Assembly (NCBI RefSeq): GCF_000143415.4
Contig: NW_003314294.1
Location: 546,692 to 610,691 of the forward strand
DNA: 64,000 bases
Direction of reading: 5' to 3'
Source: Selaginella moellendorffii
Taxonomy: Eukaryota; Plantae; Lycopodiophyta
Below the pieces are notes generated by a model. It saw only the letters and a list, made by a program, of their open reading frames with translations, did no database searches and was not told the origin of the DNA. Position numbers and translations under genes: made by a program. Of this stretch, positions 34,353-47,944 are shown one piece after another. Position 1 is the first letter of the stretch. Every line of letters starts with the position of its first letter.

Positions 34353-37046
34353 TGCCGCAAACCCTAAACCCCGTTACAGTTTAGGGCATTTCATATTCTT
34401 AGAATATTTCTTCTGAAAATATCTCATTTTCTTAAATATAAATACATAGTTAAGTGATAAACCAGGTGATCTCCATCTAACCTCCCACCAATACCAAATT
34501 CCACCTGTGCAAATTTGCTACCCACATCCCATGTTTTCTAAGCATTGCAGGCATAACCTCTAATGGCATTGTTGTCAAAGGCTGCCTTTGTCTGGATGCT
34601 TTCTCCAAATAGACAAAACCAAGGGCTTATACATCAATAGTGTCTGATTTGAAGTTTCCAAGCACCATCTTTCCTAAAACCCAGAAAGCCATCCACAAAA
34701 GAGAAAAAGAAAAAGAAGAAACTTACTAATTACAAGTGAAGAGCTATTGTATTGATATGGCCTATTGTATATTTCTTGATGCAAGTCTATGGGAAGATAT
34801 GGTCAAAATTATAGTGTGAATGGTAAGATATGGATGAAAATGTGAACTAAGTAAATATAGTGGAAATAACAAAAAAAAGGAAATGGAAAAAGTTAAATCT
34901 AGACAATATAAAAGCTAGATTTAAACCAAAATCCTAAATCAAAGCTTGTTTAGGTTGCCAAAGTTGTCATTTTGCACTCTAAATCCCACATGTTGACACA
35001 CTTGAGTGATTTGATAAAGTAAACCTTATCCTTCAGAAGTATGTAATTGTTAGCATTTTTTGGAGAAGATATAATGATTTATGTATTTGATTTTTCATCC
35101 TTGATAACTCTTTTTTTTTTACTTAATTTGACTTTGTGTTTGCACTACATTCAGACTAATCTAAAATAGAGTTTATGAAAAAATACAATAATGAATACTA
35201 AGCTAATTGATTAATCCCTATAGTTTTGATTGATCTAGTTATAATTATGCTTAAGAAGGATCCGCTAGTGCCATGCTAAATAGTTGTGGATTAGCCTATG
35301 TGCCACTCATACCAAACTTAGGGGAAGTTTAATTTTACTCATAGTAACATCATAATAACCATTGATAGGTTTATATTAATCCTGCCATAACCTTTAAGTT
35401 GTTCATATGCTTCATTTACAAGCCCACGTGGAAGCTCATGCCAATGATTCATCTCAAATTCATTTTATAAACTCAAGCGAAAGCTTATGCAATATGGTAC
35501 AAAAATGGTATACATTACTACTAGTGGTGACCTAAACCAAATGTAAAAGAAAGAGTGCCACAGTCTAGCAAAGGCCAAATTTATGTGTTAGTTAAACCCA
35601 CACTAGTATGTTGAAATTATACTAAACTCCATTGAACACTAGGCTAAATACAAGGAGATAATGTTTATAAAGATTTGAGTGTATATTGAACCCTCATTTT
35701 GTAGTGCAATAAGCTTAGAGTTCAACTCCAAATTTATATATTCCACAATTAAAGAGGTAAATTTAGAACTCTTTCAGATAAGTATATAATTGCTAGTTCT
35801 TAATAACCATTTTCATTTGTAGAATGCTTAAAATGTCTCTCCAAAACACCAAAAAAATTTCCAAGCTCCACACTTAAGTGTATCCAAGCCTCAATGTACT
35901 AGTTGTCAACATGAAAGCATCTAAATCAAAAGTAAAGGCTTATAAGAATGTAACATAGCAAATTTGAAATATAGCAAAAGCTATATGTTTGGGTGCTTGG
36001 ACACTAAGAGCTTGATTGAAATATATAAACATTATTTGGAACATATATTATAAGAAAAATGATTGTTATAATGAAGCTCAAAACAATACAAGTGGGAATT
36101 CCAAAAACATAAGTGGGAAATCCATAAATAAAAGTGAAGAATGGAAAATTTAAAAATACCAACAGACACAAGTCAAAAATCCTAAAATGTAGTAAAAACT
36201 CTTAACACCAGTTGAAAGTCAAGCAACTCCAATAGAAATTCTTGAAAAACTAGCCAAAAATGAAGGAACTCTAGTGGCATAGCTCCACTATGTCAAATGT
36301 AAATAAACTAGAATAGATAGACATAACTATAGGATGGCTAGATAGCATATTTAGGGCTTTTTAAAAAGTTTTGCCTTGCCTTTGCTTTTGCCTTTGAGAA
36401 TATGGATGAGGAGAAACTTTGGTGTTAGAATTGCAAAATGCTTGCACTATAGCTTTATCAAACTTTTGTAATACACTTTACAATTGTTTACAATTATGAT
36501 TAATCAATCTATGTTGCCCATCCTAGACCTTTCCATAGTAGGCAATTGCCTTTATCTAATGCCCCAAGACATAAAGAATACTACTCAAGACCTATGTGGA
36601 GATTATGACCTACCCTGTCAGCTACCTCCTTACCATCACAAATCACTTGAACTCTTCATCCATGCTTGGGTGTTTTAAAAACCTACATAAAATATCTTGC
36701 TTCACATTGAGTGAGAGTTGTTATGTGGCCTTGAGAAAGCTCTTCACATGTTGTTTGGCTATTCTTCTATCTCCTATCTCAGCCATTACTTTGTGAGTTG
36801 CAGCTCTCCACCATTATCCTCATGTAACTGGTACAAGTACTGTAATAATGATGTCATCTTGATGTTGTGATACACTCCTATTGGATAATTAAATGTATGG
36901 AAAAAAGGGAGAGCTCATAAAGCTTTGTTCTAGAACCATACATGCTTAAGTTGTAAATGAGCTTGTAACATGTGGAAATGGAAAAGATGACTATCATTAG
37001 TTGGAAGTGAGGAGCACACTTTCAAATAGAATCTTTGTTGTATGGT

Positions 37047-37399
37047 TAATCCACCATGCCTCCTTGCAAGTTCACGCTTTCATGAACGGAAGTTGAGGGT
37101 TACAGCTTTCCTAAAAGCCTCGCTTTTACCAGATATCAATCAACATGTGGTATGATTCCTTTAGCCAACTAACAAAGTCAGACCTAAAACCCTTTGATAC
37201 TAAATGTAAACTCCTGAATTTAAACTTTCTTAGGAGGTCACCCAACTTAGTAATATTCAAACCCAAGGATGCTTAACCTTAAATATCCCAAAACCCTTAA
37301 CCAATTAGAAAAGGGGTATACTTATGTTCATGGGCCCTTTTCTTTTATATTTGAACCTCTATGAATCGTCTCTCGAGTTGTTTCCTTTGGTTGCTTACA
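37047..37399 (-). mobile_element. Cassandra-like TRIM: 5S-rRNA-containing LTR (37205-37399), PBS, short internal region, PPT
   Basis: TG...CA termini; the minus strand contains GTTAAGCATCCTTGGG...TGGGTGACCTCCT (5S A/C-box region); degenerate tRNA-iMet PBS next to the LTR; PPT-like AGGAGGCATGGTGGAT. Confidence 0.8.
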
Positions 37400-37694
37400 T
37401 TAATATTGATTGTTTCCATTTTATTCCAACTAAAAATAAAAGTTTAAGTTTATCTAATAGACCTACATTTTATATTGAGGGAAGTGGGGGGGAATTTTAT
37501 ATATATACATATATAAAATTCATATAAAATTTGTGTTGAGTGAGATATATTAACAAATTACTGTTTCTAATAAAGTTAGGACAAAATGGAATGTGAGAAG
37601 AATACATATGGCACTTCCTAAGCTAAATAAATTTTAAAAAATATAAATACCTATACTACAAGCTATATATTTCTATTTTTTACATATATTTTTT

Positions 37695-38657
37695 ATGTTT
37701 AAAAAAATGAATTACAGTTTTAGTTTTTCTATTTGTCATACCAAGAAAAATATTTTATATTTATACTTTTTATTTTATATTCACAGTTATTGTGTTTGTA
37801 TTAAAACATTATATGAAAATCCAGCAGGGGTTATTTCAATTGAGGTTAGACAAAACATAATAATACCAACTATTAAAGAGCTTATTAAAGAAGTAGGCAA
37901 AAGAAAAGAAATTTTTATGGGATTTTCTTACTCTAAAATTTTACATGAACAAGATACTAGCTTACTTATTACAATAAGTGCACTTGACATGCAAATGTCA
38001 AGAAAAAACTTTTATATATATTGTACTATTATTCCTTTTCTTTTTACTTTAAATAATGGGAAAGCCATAGAGAAAGAGTTTACTTTAACATTGCAAAATT
38101 ATGTTGAGAAAGACTTAGTAACATATGGGTCTGTAGAGTATATAAATGGAAGATATTCTATATCATATGTATTAGATAAAGATAGTAATGTTTACTTACA
38201 AGAGTTTCCAAATACTAATAGTTTTATATTATTTAAAGAAGAAACAGATTGTATTCTTCATAAAACCTGTATTAAAAGTGGACCAAATTATTCATCATTT
38301 TCTCGCCTTAGGGAAGGAGATTTTCTTCAATCACCAAATTTAGTATTTATTTTATATATGAAATTTGATTGTAATCTTGTGTTATATTATGGTAAAATTT
38401 CTATTTGGGATACTGAAACATCAGGAAAAGGTATTGGATGTTTTCTACGTTTTCAGAAAGATGGAAATCTTGTTATTTATAATCAGTATCATAACGTTGT
38501 ATGGTCTTATGATATTTATTGGAAAAATATTTGGGTTACATTTTCATTATGTGTAGAAAATACAGGTCATGTTACTGTATATAATACAAATAATCAAACA
38601 TCTATTTGGAGAAGGCCTATAGAAAGAAAAAAAAGAGTTATACTTATGCACAAATAA
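37695..38657 (+). CDS. Intronless AT-rich protein with an unrecognised N-domain and a C-terminal bulb-type (GNA) mannose-binding lectin domain
   Basis: LREGDFLQSP, MKFDCNLVLY..IWDTET, GCFLRFQKDGNLVIY..VVWS (complete QxDxNxVxY motif); hydrophobic N-terminal stretch. Confidence 0.8.
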   Translation: MFKKMNYSFSFSICHTKKNILYLYFLFYIHSYCVCIKTLYENPAGVISIEVRQNIIIPTIKELIKEVGKRKEIFMGFSYSKILHEQDTSLLITISALDMQMSRKNFYIYCTIIPFLFTLNNGKAIEKEFTLTLQNYVEKDLVTYGSVEYINGRYSISYVLDKDSNVYLQEFPNTNSFILFKEETDCILHKTCIKSGPNYSSFSRLREGDFLQSPNLVFILYMKFDCNLVLYYGKISIWDTETSGKGIGCFLRFQKDGNLVIYNQYHNVVWSYDIYWKNIWVTFSLCVENTGHVTVYNTNNQTSIWRRPIERKKRVILMHK

Positions 38658-39163
38658 GAAAATAATTTCTATTTATTTTAATTTTTAAATAAAGGTATAC
38701 GAATTACTGAATAAGTAGATATTTTAGGACATATGATTGTATTTATTTATTTTAAGAAATATCTCAGGGAAATATATTAAGATTATCTAAATTAGACAAA
38801 TGAACTTAAGTCAGAAAAAAAAACCATAAAATTGAACAAAGGAGAGAAGAAGAAATATTATTATTGCAATAGAACATATTTATGCAGATAACTCAGTTGA
38901 GTATAAATGGACCATAAACAATTGTATCACAAAGTGCCACGTAGCATTTTATTTGGCACTAAATGTCATATTAGCATACCAAACAATTAGCTAGTAGTAT
39001 ATCTATGAGAAATAGTGGGCGGAGTTTTTTTAAAACGCTATTCATTATTTTTTAATTTTATCTCATGCATAAAACGAGTAGTCCAAACAATGGAAGAAAG
39101 AACTCGAGTTCTTTATTTTTTCTAAGATCTTCAAAACTTGTTTTTTCAGTCCTCTGTGTTGCT

Positions 39164-40774
<1,611 letters not shown>

Positions 40775-41285
40775 CCTTCCTCTTTTCTCTCGAGCTTCTT
40801 CTTTTTCTTCCTGGTCCGCGGCTCTGGGAGCGCCGGAGAGAAACCGAAGGAGATACCGAAAAGCTCGGGATACGAACCGTCAAAGATCGCCAAGGATCGT
40901 TTCATAGCGCCCAGGCGCCCCCGCTCCAGATCCCAAAAGCCCGCCAAGAACCCTAAAACGCAGAGCCCTAAAATTATCTTCCCGCCTAAATGCAAACTTC
41001 ATTTTAAAATTTTTAATCTAGAAAATTGCCGCGTCAACAGTCATGCCCAGTCCACGCGGACAAGAGTCAGCGCCAGCGACTTTGACCGGCGACCACATCC
41101 ATACAAAATGTCAAACCTATAAGCGTAGCATCCAGGTCTCTTTTCTTTGCTCCGCGATTTTCAAAGTGGGATCCATCACTGCCCAGTGGCGACCTCGCAA
41201 TCTCCAGTTGGTCTCTCTCTCTCTCTCTCGATCCAAAAAGATCCAAAGAGTGTTTGGGGAATTTGATGAGGGAGAGGCGAGGAGA

Positions 41286-42383
41286 ATGCATCCATTTGCG
41301 GAGAGTTTAGTGAGGATGGAAGTAAGCAAGGCAAGAGGCCAAGCCCAGCTGCTGGATGACAAGCTCAAGCTCGTCCCGGCATCAAGCCTGGACGATGGAG
41401 CCGCCAGGACTCTGGTTGACGACGCTGCCAGTATCATCGCCACTTTCACCAACATCATCGCGTGCCTCAGCAGGAACCCCCATGCTTCTCCCGTCGATCC
41501 AGGCGGCCATCGCTCCAAGCCTGCCATCGCCACCACTAGCGAGACCTCTCACAGCGACGAAGATCACACCCCGACCAAAAAGAGGTATGGTCTCTCTCGA
41601 AACTTTCCAATCAATGTGATGATCATCTGTGATCTCTGATAGAAAACTCAAGAACCAACATCAGCAACAGCCACACTCGATCGAGCACGAGCTCGTCCCG
41701 GACGATGGCTATACGTGGAGGAAATACGGTCAGAAAGACATCCTCGGATCTCGACACCCAAAGTAAGAACTTCACTGTTCACAAGTTCCTGGAAGTTCTA
41801 AGAAAGAAACCCATTGTCCCCGTGATCCAGGAGCTACTATCGCTGCACACACAAGCGCGAGAGCGGGTGCCAGGCGATCAAATACGTCCAGAGATCCGAC
41901 TCCAATCCCTCCTCGTTCCAGATCACTTACCGGGGGGAGCACACTTGCAACATGCTTCGATCGTCCCCGCTGGGATCGCCATCGCCACCATCGCCAGCGC
42001 TGGCCATGCCGATGGTAAACTCAGTGTGCTTGAGGATCAATAGCGATGGTGGCTTGCAGATCGGGGCCTCAGGTCCGACCGTGATCCCTTCTCTCCCTCT
42101 CGATGTCTCTCCAAATCACACACCACCACCACCGAGGAACGCAGGCGCTTCAGCTCCAAGCCATGGAATTGGGCAGAGGGATCTCGAGGCTGCTCGGGGC
42201 CAGCTGATCACGCAAGAGCTGGCGTCGAGCGTGGTGAAAGTGGAGGGCGAGATCGACGTTATGACCCTGGAGTCGATGCTAGAGTTTGGATCGTCCGTGT
42301 TGGATAGTCTCGACTTGAATGGTTATCAGCTCTTCGCGAGCGATCACTCGTCACCAGAGTGGTCGGATTGCATAGCATATTAA
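41286..42383 (+). CDS. Group III WRKY transcription factor, 3 exons
   Basis: WRKYGQKDILGSRHPK/SYYRCTHKRESGC...YRGEHTC (C2HC); exons 41286-41584, 41643-41762, 41831-42383. Confidence 0.92.
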
Positions 42384-42496
42384 AACGAAAAAAAGAACAC
42401 AAAAATTTCTTTTCTTCTTTTGTAAAACAGCGTTGACTTTATGCCAACGGCCCAGATCGAGAGCATCCAACGGCTTAAAGCCGATCTCCAAGAGCC

Positions 42497-42910
42497 CTAA
42501 AGCTGGCAGCCGGTGGTCAATGCGGCCACCTCCTTGAGTATGCTGCTGTCGTTGACAATTAAGTGCACCGAAGTTTGACCCAGCCCCAACGCGATTCCCT
42601 CGAAGATCTCCCGTAGCTGCGACTCGAATTCGCCCGCGTCGATGAATCCATCGTGATTCGTGTCAAACAGATCAAACACGGAGCTACACTTGAGCGCCAA
42701 CTCGGCTTGGGTCATTGGCACTGGGACCCCAAAGTCGAACTCCATGTCAAGATTTAAGCTCTCCACAAAGGGCTGGAACTCTGCGAGTGTGAGAAGGCCC
42801 CTGTGATTTACATCCATTTGATCGAAGTGTTTGAGCATGGTCTCGTGGAACAAACCAGTGTTCTTCACGAAGCTCATGACAATCGACCCGTCCAGCACGA
42901 AAACGCCCAT
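42497..42910 (-). CDS. Small plant EF-hand calcium-binding protein
   Basis: VLDGS start motif; loops DVNHRGLLTLAE and DTNHDGFIDAGE. Confidence 0.85.
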   Translation of the reverse strand: MGVFVLDGSIVMSFVKNTGLFHETMLKHFDQMDVNHRGLLTLAEFQPFVESLNLDMEFDFGVPVPMTQAELALKCSSVFDLFDTNHDGFIDAGEFESQLREIFEGIALGLGQTSVHLIVNDSSILKEVAALTTGCQL

Positions 42911-42989
42911 CTTTGTAATAAGAACCCTAACGAGTTTGCGTTGATTTATAGAATGTGAAAAGGATGGCTCTTGTACCTTTTCGAGAGAA

Positions 42990-44009
42990 AAATTCGAGCA
43001 AGTTTACGTTCTTGTTGATACCAAGAATGGTGATGCTGATCGACGACTGGGCCGATGGTTAGACGCCAGAAATCTAGCAAAATGGTAACCAGCATTGACG
43101 CTGCTAATGCATTCCCGGTGGTTCTCAAGAAAGACGATTCATCGCTCGGGTCTTCGTCAATCCTTGATAAAGGGGACGCTGTTAGATGTTTTGCTGGAAA
43201 ATTATCGTACCTCATGAACATTGGATAGCTGACGATGAAGTAGAGGGCGTAGAACAAGGAGCCAACTTTGTAGAATGCCGAAAATATGCCCGAATGAAGC
43301 TCGAAAACTCTGAGATTGTCAATGCCTCGATGAGAGCTGTCAAATAAGCCAGTATCGCTGTCGAAACGAATTGGACGAGCCCGGAGAAAGCTACGCTTGA
43401 GGTCTTGGCCTGAGCTGCCTTTAGCCTTCTCAAAGTTGCTCGCAAAGACGTGGTAGAGTAAAAAGTAAGGCTGCGTGAGAAGATACGCCACCAAGGGGAC
43501 CTGTGGCAAAGCTCCTATATGTATAATAATAGAGTGAAAACTCTTCACTTACGTTGTTAAGTCTCCATGATGGAAATGTATAGCTTGCTAGGATTGTATA
43601 TAAGTAATGAGTCAAGAAGTAGTTTCCCATGAAGCCAAAGATTCCAATCTACAGGTTTGCCTGCAATCAATTTGGTTTAGAGAAATATTCTTCAAACAAG
43701 TAAATAAAAACCTTCATGCAGTATCTCCACGCTGCCTCTCCAAACTTCTGAGAAAGAAGGAATCAAGTACTCAGCAGGCGAGACATAGAAAAATATAGAT
43801 CAAGTTAATAACAGCCTACTTTTGAATGGCAGAACACTGCATGGTGAGGACACCATCAATCCAACCGCAAAGTACTCGAGCTCTTGGAATTCCTGCTCGA
43901 AAGTAATTACAAAGATTAATCAAATGAAAGAACGTTAGTAAAGTGACTGACCTCGTAAAACTCCATTTCTCTTGCTTGGACTTGCGGCAAGCCAAAGAAC
44001 AGGCCTCAT
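42990..44009 (-). pseudogene. CPI1: Cycloeucalenol cycloisomerase (CPI1)-like, apparently frameshifted
   Basis: LWLAASPSKR, GNYFLTHY..ASYTFPSWRLNNVP, TLRRL, YKVGSLFYALYFIVSYPMF, ALAASMLVTILLDFWRL; frame changes near 43430 and 43290. Confidence 0.8.
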
Positions 44010-44129
44010 GAACTATTCCTTCACTGCCGTGAAAATCGTCAAAACATTTTAAAGAATAAAAGTTGTAACGGACTTCTCGAAGCGATGCGATTGGAAACAC
44101 AATCATGCTAGAGTTTAAAGATTTACCTT

Positions 44130-45830
44130 GCGGTTGGCAGCTTATCCAATAAATTTCGAGAATTCTAGATCCTTATCAGATGCCAAAGAGACTCCGCAAG
44201 AACAAGGTGGAACGTTTTCTTGCGAGGTTCTCTTCACTCACGTCTTCAGGTTTTCTAGAGTCGTTGCCCTGAAACGATGAACGTAGAAATATTAATCAAA
44301 GAAAAGAGAAGATTCTACAAACAGCTCAAGAACGACAAATATGTAAAACAAAAAGCAAACAGACAAAATAATCAAAGCATTTACCGACGTGAATCTTCCA
44401 TGACAAAGAAGCAGTCTCTCGTGAAGAAGTAAAGGAAGACGCAAGGAAGAATCCCAAGCCTATCATCTGGAAATTCGGCAAGCTAGAGACATACCTAAGA
44501 ATCCTGGTCAGAGCAAAGATATAAACGTGCTCCAAAGCCAAACCGCTGCATTTTCTAGACTCAAGTCTCCACATTGTTAGTTTTTGAAACACATACCTTG
44601 TCCGCATCTGGATATCTCGTCAAAGCACGCCATGCCTTTCTTGGTGTCAATACGAGCATCATTTACAGGCCGAGCTAATCTGATGTGAGTAGACAGCAGA
44701 TTGGCACGCTTTAAGTTGCCTATTCCCGAGGCAATTTCGGAAGAGCCTCGATTGCTTGCTTAGACCAAGTTGTGAACAGATTCGATATCTCCTTTTCGTC
44801 GTTTTAAAAGGCTGGAGACAAACAAAGAGAGAGACAAAGAGTAGAAACAGAGGAAACAATATAACTTTGATACTCACTCTATTTTCGCGTCACTCTTGCA
44901 AGGCTTTGGACCTCCTCGTCTTTGCAGCTCGCGCAATGCAGTAACGGTCTCCACATTTTTTTCAAAGTAGTTCTCAGAGTTTTGCAAGTCGTCTCGGGTG
45001 CTGCGAAAAATTGACAAGTATAAGTAAACCATACGCGGTGAAGAAATATCGAGAACACGACGGGGTCTTGCATACCTTCTCCTCAAGTTGTGTCTCCTCG
45101 TCTTTGCCGTTTCAAGCTCGACACTCACGTTCCAAGCTCCCCACATATCTTCTCTCGCTAGCAGCTCACTGGGCTTCATAGCCTGCAGCAAGAATAAGAA
45201 AGAGATGAAATCAAAAGTGATCACCTTCTCCTTGTCATACCTTGAAAAACTTTGTAGGTTTCTCGGGGTTCTTTGCACTGGCAGGCCTTGGAAAGTACCA
45301 GCACTGGAGCTTCTTCAAATCGGGGTCATTGAAATGCTTCTCCAGCGTGCAAATGTTGGCCACTCGACGATGAGAGGAATCGCGTCCAAATATCTTGAAA
45401 ACCTCAGAGGCCGTGCTCTTGTTCCATTTGGCGGGTCTTTTCCCGAGCGGATCGGCAGTGGACTCGATATTGACAAGATCATGAATCGCCCTGGTCTGTA
45501 CAAGAAAAAAAAACGAGGAGCTTAGATCACTACTTGTACTTGCACTAGGAAAGAAAAAAAATGAAAGCTAGAAGTAAGTACATGAGGAGGTGGATCAGGC
45601 ATAACACGATCCGCTAGACCATAATTCACAGCCGAGCCTGCTCGCCCGGCCTTTTGGGAGAGAAAGATTGGATTCATCGCGATTGATGCGATTGACAGAC
45701 CCCCAAGAAAAGGACCCTGAGATGAATGATCCCGCGGCAACTAACTGACTCCACTCGCGGATCTAGCAGCTGATTCTTAGGCGCGGCGCCAGCTCCAGCT
45801 GCTCACATACCTCGGATTGGATCTCATCGT
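44130..45830 (-). CDS. Multi-exon gene of unknown function (possibly partly degraded)
   Basis: Exon-like blocks bounded by GT/AG, e.g. LQCWYFPRPASAKNPEKPTKFFK|AMKPSELLAREDMWGAWNVSVELE; family not recognised; ends uncertain. Confidence 0.45.
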
Positions 45831-45976
45831 CTCCTCGCCCGCTAAGCTTGCCCTAACCCTGGAAAGTCGCGCCAAAAAGGTTTTAACCCCTACATTTCTC
45901 GCGGTTACGGGATATTCTCCTGGGTACGAACTGGGCCGTTGGATGAAACTGGGTAATGGACGGTAATGGATTAATC

Positions 45977-47373
45977 TTACTCCACAGTATTGAGTAATTC
46001 GCCAATGTTCTCGATCGCGATGCGGATTTTATCGCCAGGAAGTAGATGTTTGGGCGGATCAAACCCCGATCCAACACCTAGATTGTGATTTCTCTTAGCA
46101 GCTTCTAAAGAAAATGGAGGAGAAATTTTCTACCTGAGGGAGTTCCAGTTGCGATGATATCTCCCGTTTGCAAAGTTATTCCCGCTGATATCGTCTCGAT
46201 CAGCTCTGGGATTGGAAAGATCATGTCTGACGTTCGACCATCCTACTCAGGGTAATTCATAGAGTTTTAGACTAGAAAAAAGGGAGTTTGATAGAAAGGA
46301 TATGGAGTAGAATCACCTGTCGGAGTTCGTCATTGATCCAGCATTGGATCCGAAGATCCTCTCCGTTTATCTCCGTTGCTGGAACAATCCATGGACCCAT
46401 GGGACAAAATGTATCGCAACTCTTGCCTATAAACCACTGCAAACAAAGAAAAACTCTTGATACGAGGAAAGATAGAAACTATAGATTCATACCTGTTGGT
46501 GGCGTTTTTGCAAATCTCTTGCAGTGACATCGTTTAAGATCGTATATCTGCGCAATGATATCAGATAATATCAAGGATTAAAATCTTAAAGCAGGGAGCA
46601 AGCACCACACTGCTTACCCGAATACGTGTTCTAGAGCGTTCTCTCTTTTGATGGCTCTTCCCGGTTTTCCGATTATCACAGCCAATTCTGACCACCACAA
46701 AAAACAATAATTTTTTTTTTTTTCTAAGATCACAAAGAAAAACTCGTGAAACTTTCGATTTGTAAGACCTGCTTCATAGTCGACTTGCGAAGATAAACCG
46801 TGAGGATATTTGATTGCAGCCCCGGGACCAATCACAGATTGTGGTGCTTTGGTAAAAACGATAGGATTCTGTGGAAAGTTTTAGCGATGAGAGAAAGAAA
46901 AATATTCTTACCTTGGGAACATCTTGAGCAGACAAAGCTGGAGCAGTCTTCCATTTATCCATTTCTTTGACATGGTCCCTGTAATTCTTTCCAATGCACA
47001 TAATCGCCCCTGATGGCCTTGGAATTGGAGCTTGTAGCTCGATATCCGTAAGCTCAAGTCCCGGACTTTCAAGCTTCAAGCTTGAGATGTAACAAAGAAA
47101 AGAAGCTCATGAGTTTCTCGTGTTTCTAGCAAGATTGGTCTCGAGGTTTACCTCTTTCGTATCGCATCCCAGTCTCTGATCACGGTAACCATGTCGTGCT
47201 TCGAGGCATTGGCCGATAGAACATCGTCAAGGGGCCTGGAACCCCAAAACAAAATCATGGAAAACTCAAAGATCTGTTAGCTATGAGGGAGATTAAACTC
47301 ACCACATTCTTCCTCCACGGACCACTCCAACTCGAGCATCCCCTTGGGAGAGGAAAGTAATAAGCTTCAGCAT
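45977..47373 (-). CDS. Fumarylacetoacetate-hydrolase superfamily protein (FAHD2/bacterial-type), multi-exon
   Basis: [80 protein letters not shown]. Confidence 0.92.
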
Positions 47374-47944
47374 GCTTCTTTCTATAAGCCCTACTTTGAT
47401 CTCAAAACTTTTACTATCACTAATCTGATTGATGTTATCTATTCAATTTCATATCAACTCATCCAACCTGAAATCAAATTTTGATATCTTGAGAGTACCG
47501 CAATAGCATCCAGCAAATTTACCACCTAAGAAGGTTAAGAAACTTGCATAAGAAAATGCCATTGATGGCGATTTCTAAGTTTGGCACACTGTGTACATCA
47601 TTCTCCTCATCTTCATGGGCATTGAGAATTATCATTTGGATCCACAAAAAAGTGCTTGTTTCAGACATCTGAAAGATCCATACGGGCCAATGTACCAAGC
47701 TTTGGTCTGTTTATGGAAGCGTGAAATCTATTGGAGCTCGTCCAGCTAAAGAGCACCACTCGAAACGGATGAACATCTAGTTGCCGAGTCTGCGAAGATT
47801 GGATTCATCGCGATTGACAGGCCCCCAAAAAAAGGTCGCCCTTGACTGATGATTCTTAAGCGCATCTAACCATCCCAGATATTCGATGTACTCCAAGCGC
47901 GATACATTTTATCGCAGGTGTTTGGTTTGGATCAAAGATTTTCC

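Noticed and set aside
36360-36840. Possible gag making the 5S-LTR element autonomous
   Set aside because: A PPT lies only ~150 bp from the PBS, and the WWR-containing frame is too degenerate to assign or link.
37224-37277. Functional 5S rRNA gene
   Set aside because: Only the internal promoter part is present, inside LTR ends, with no 5S 5' half or array.
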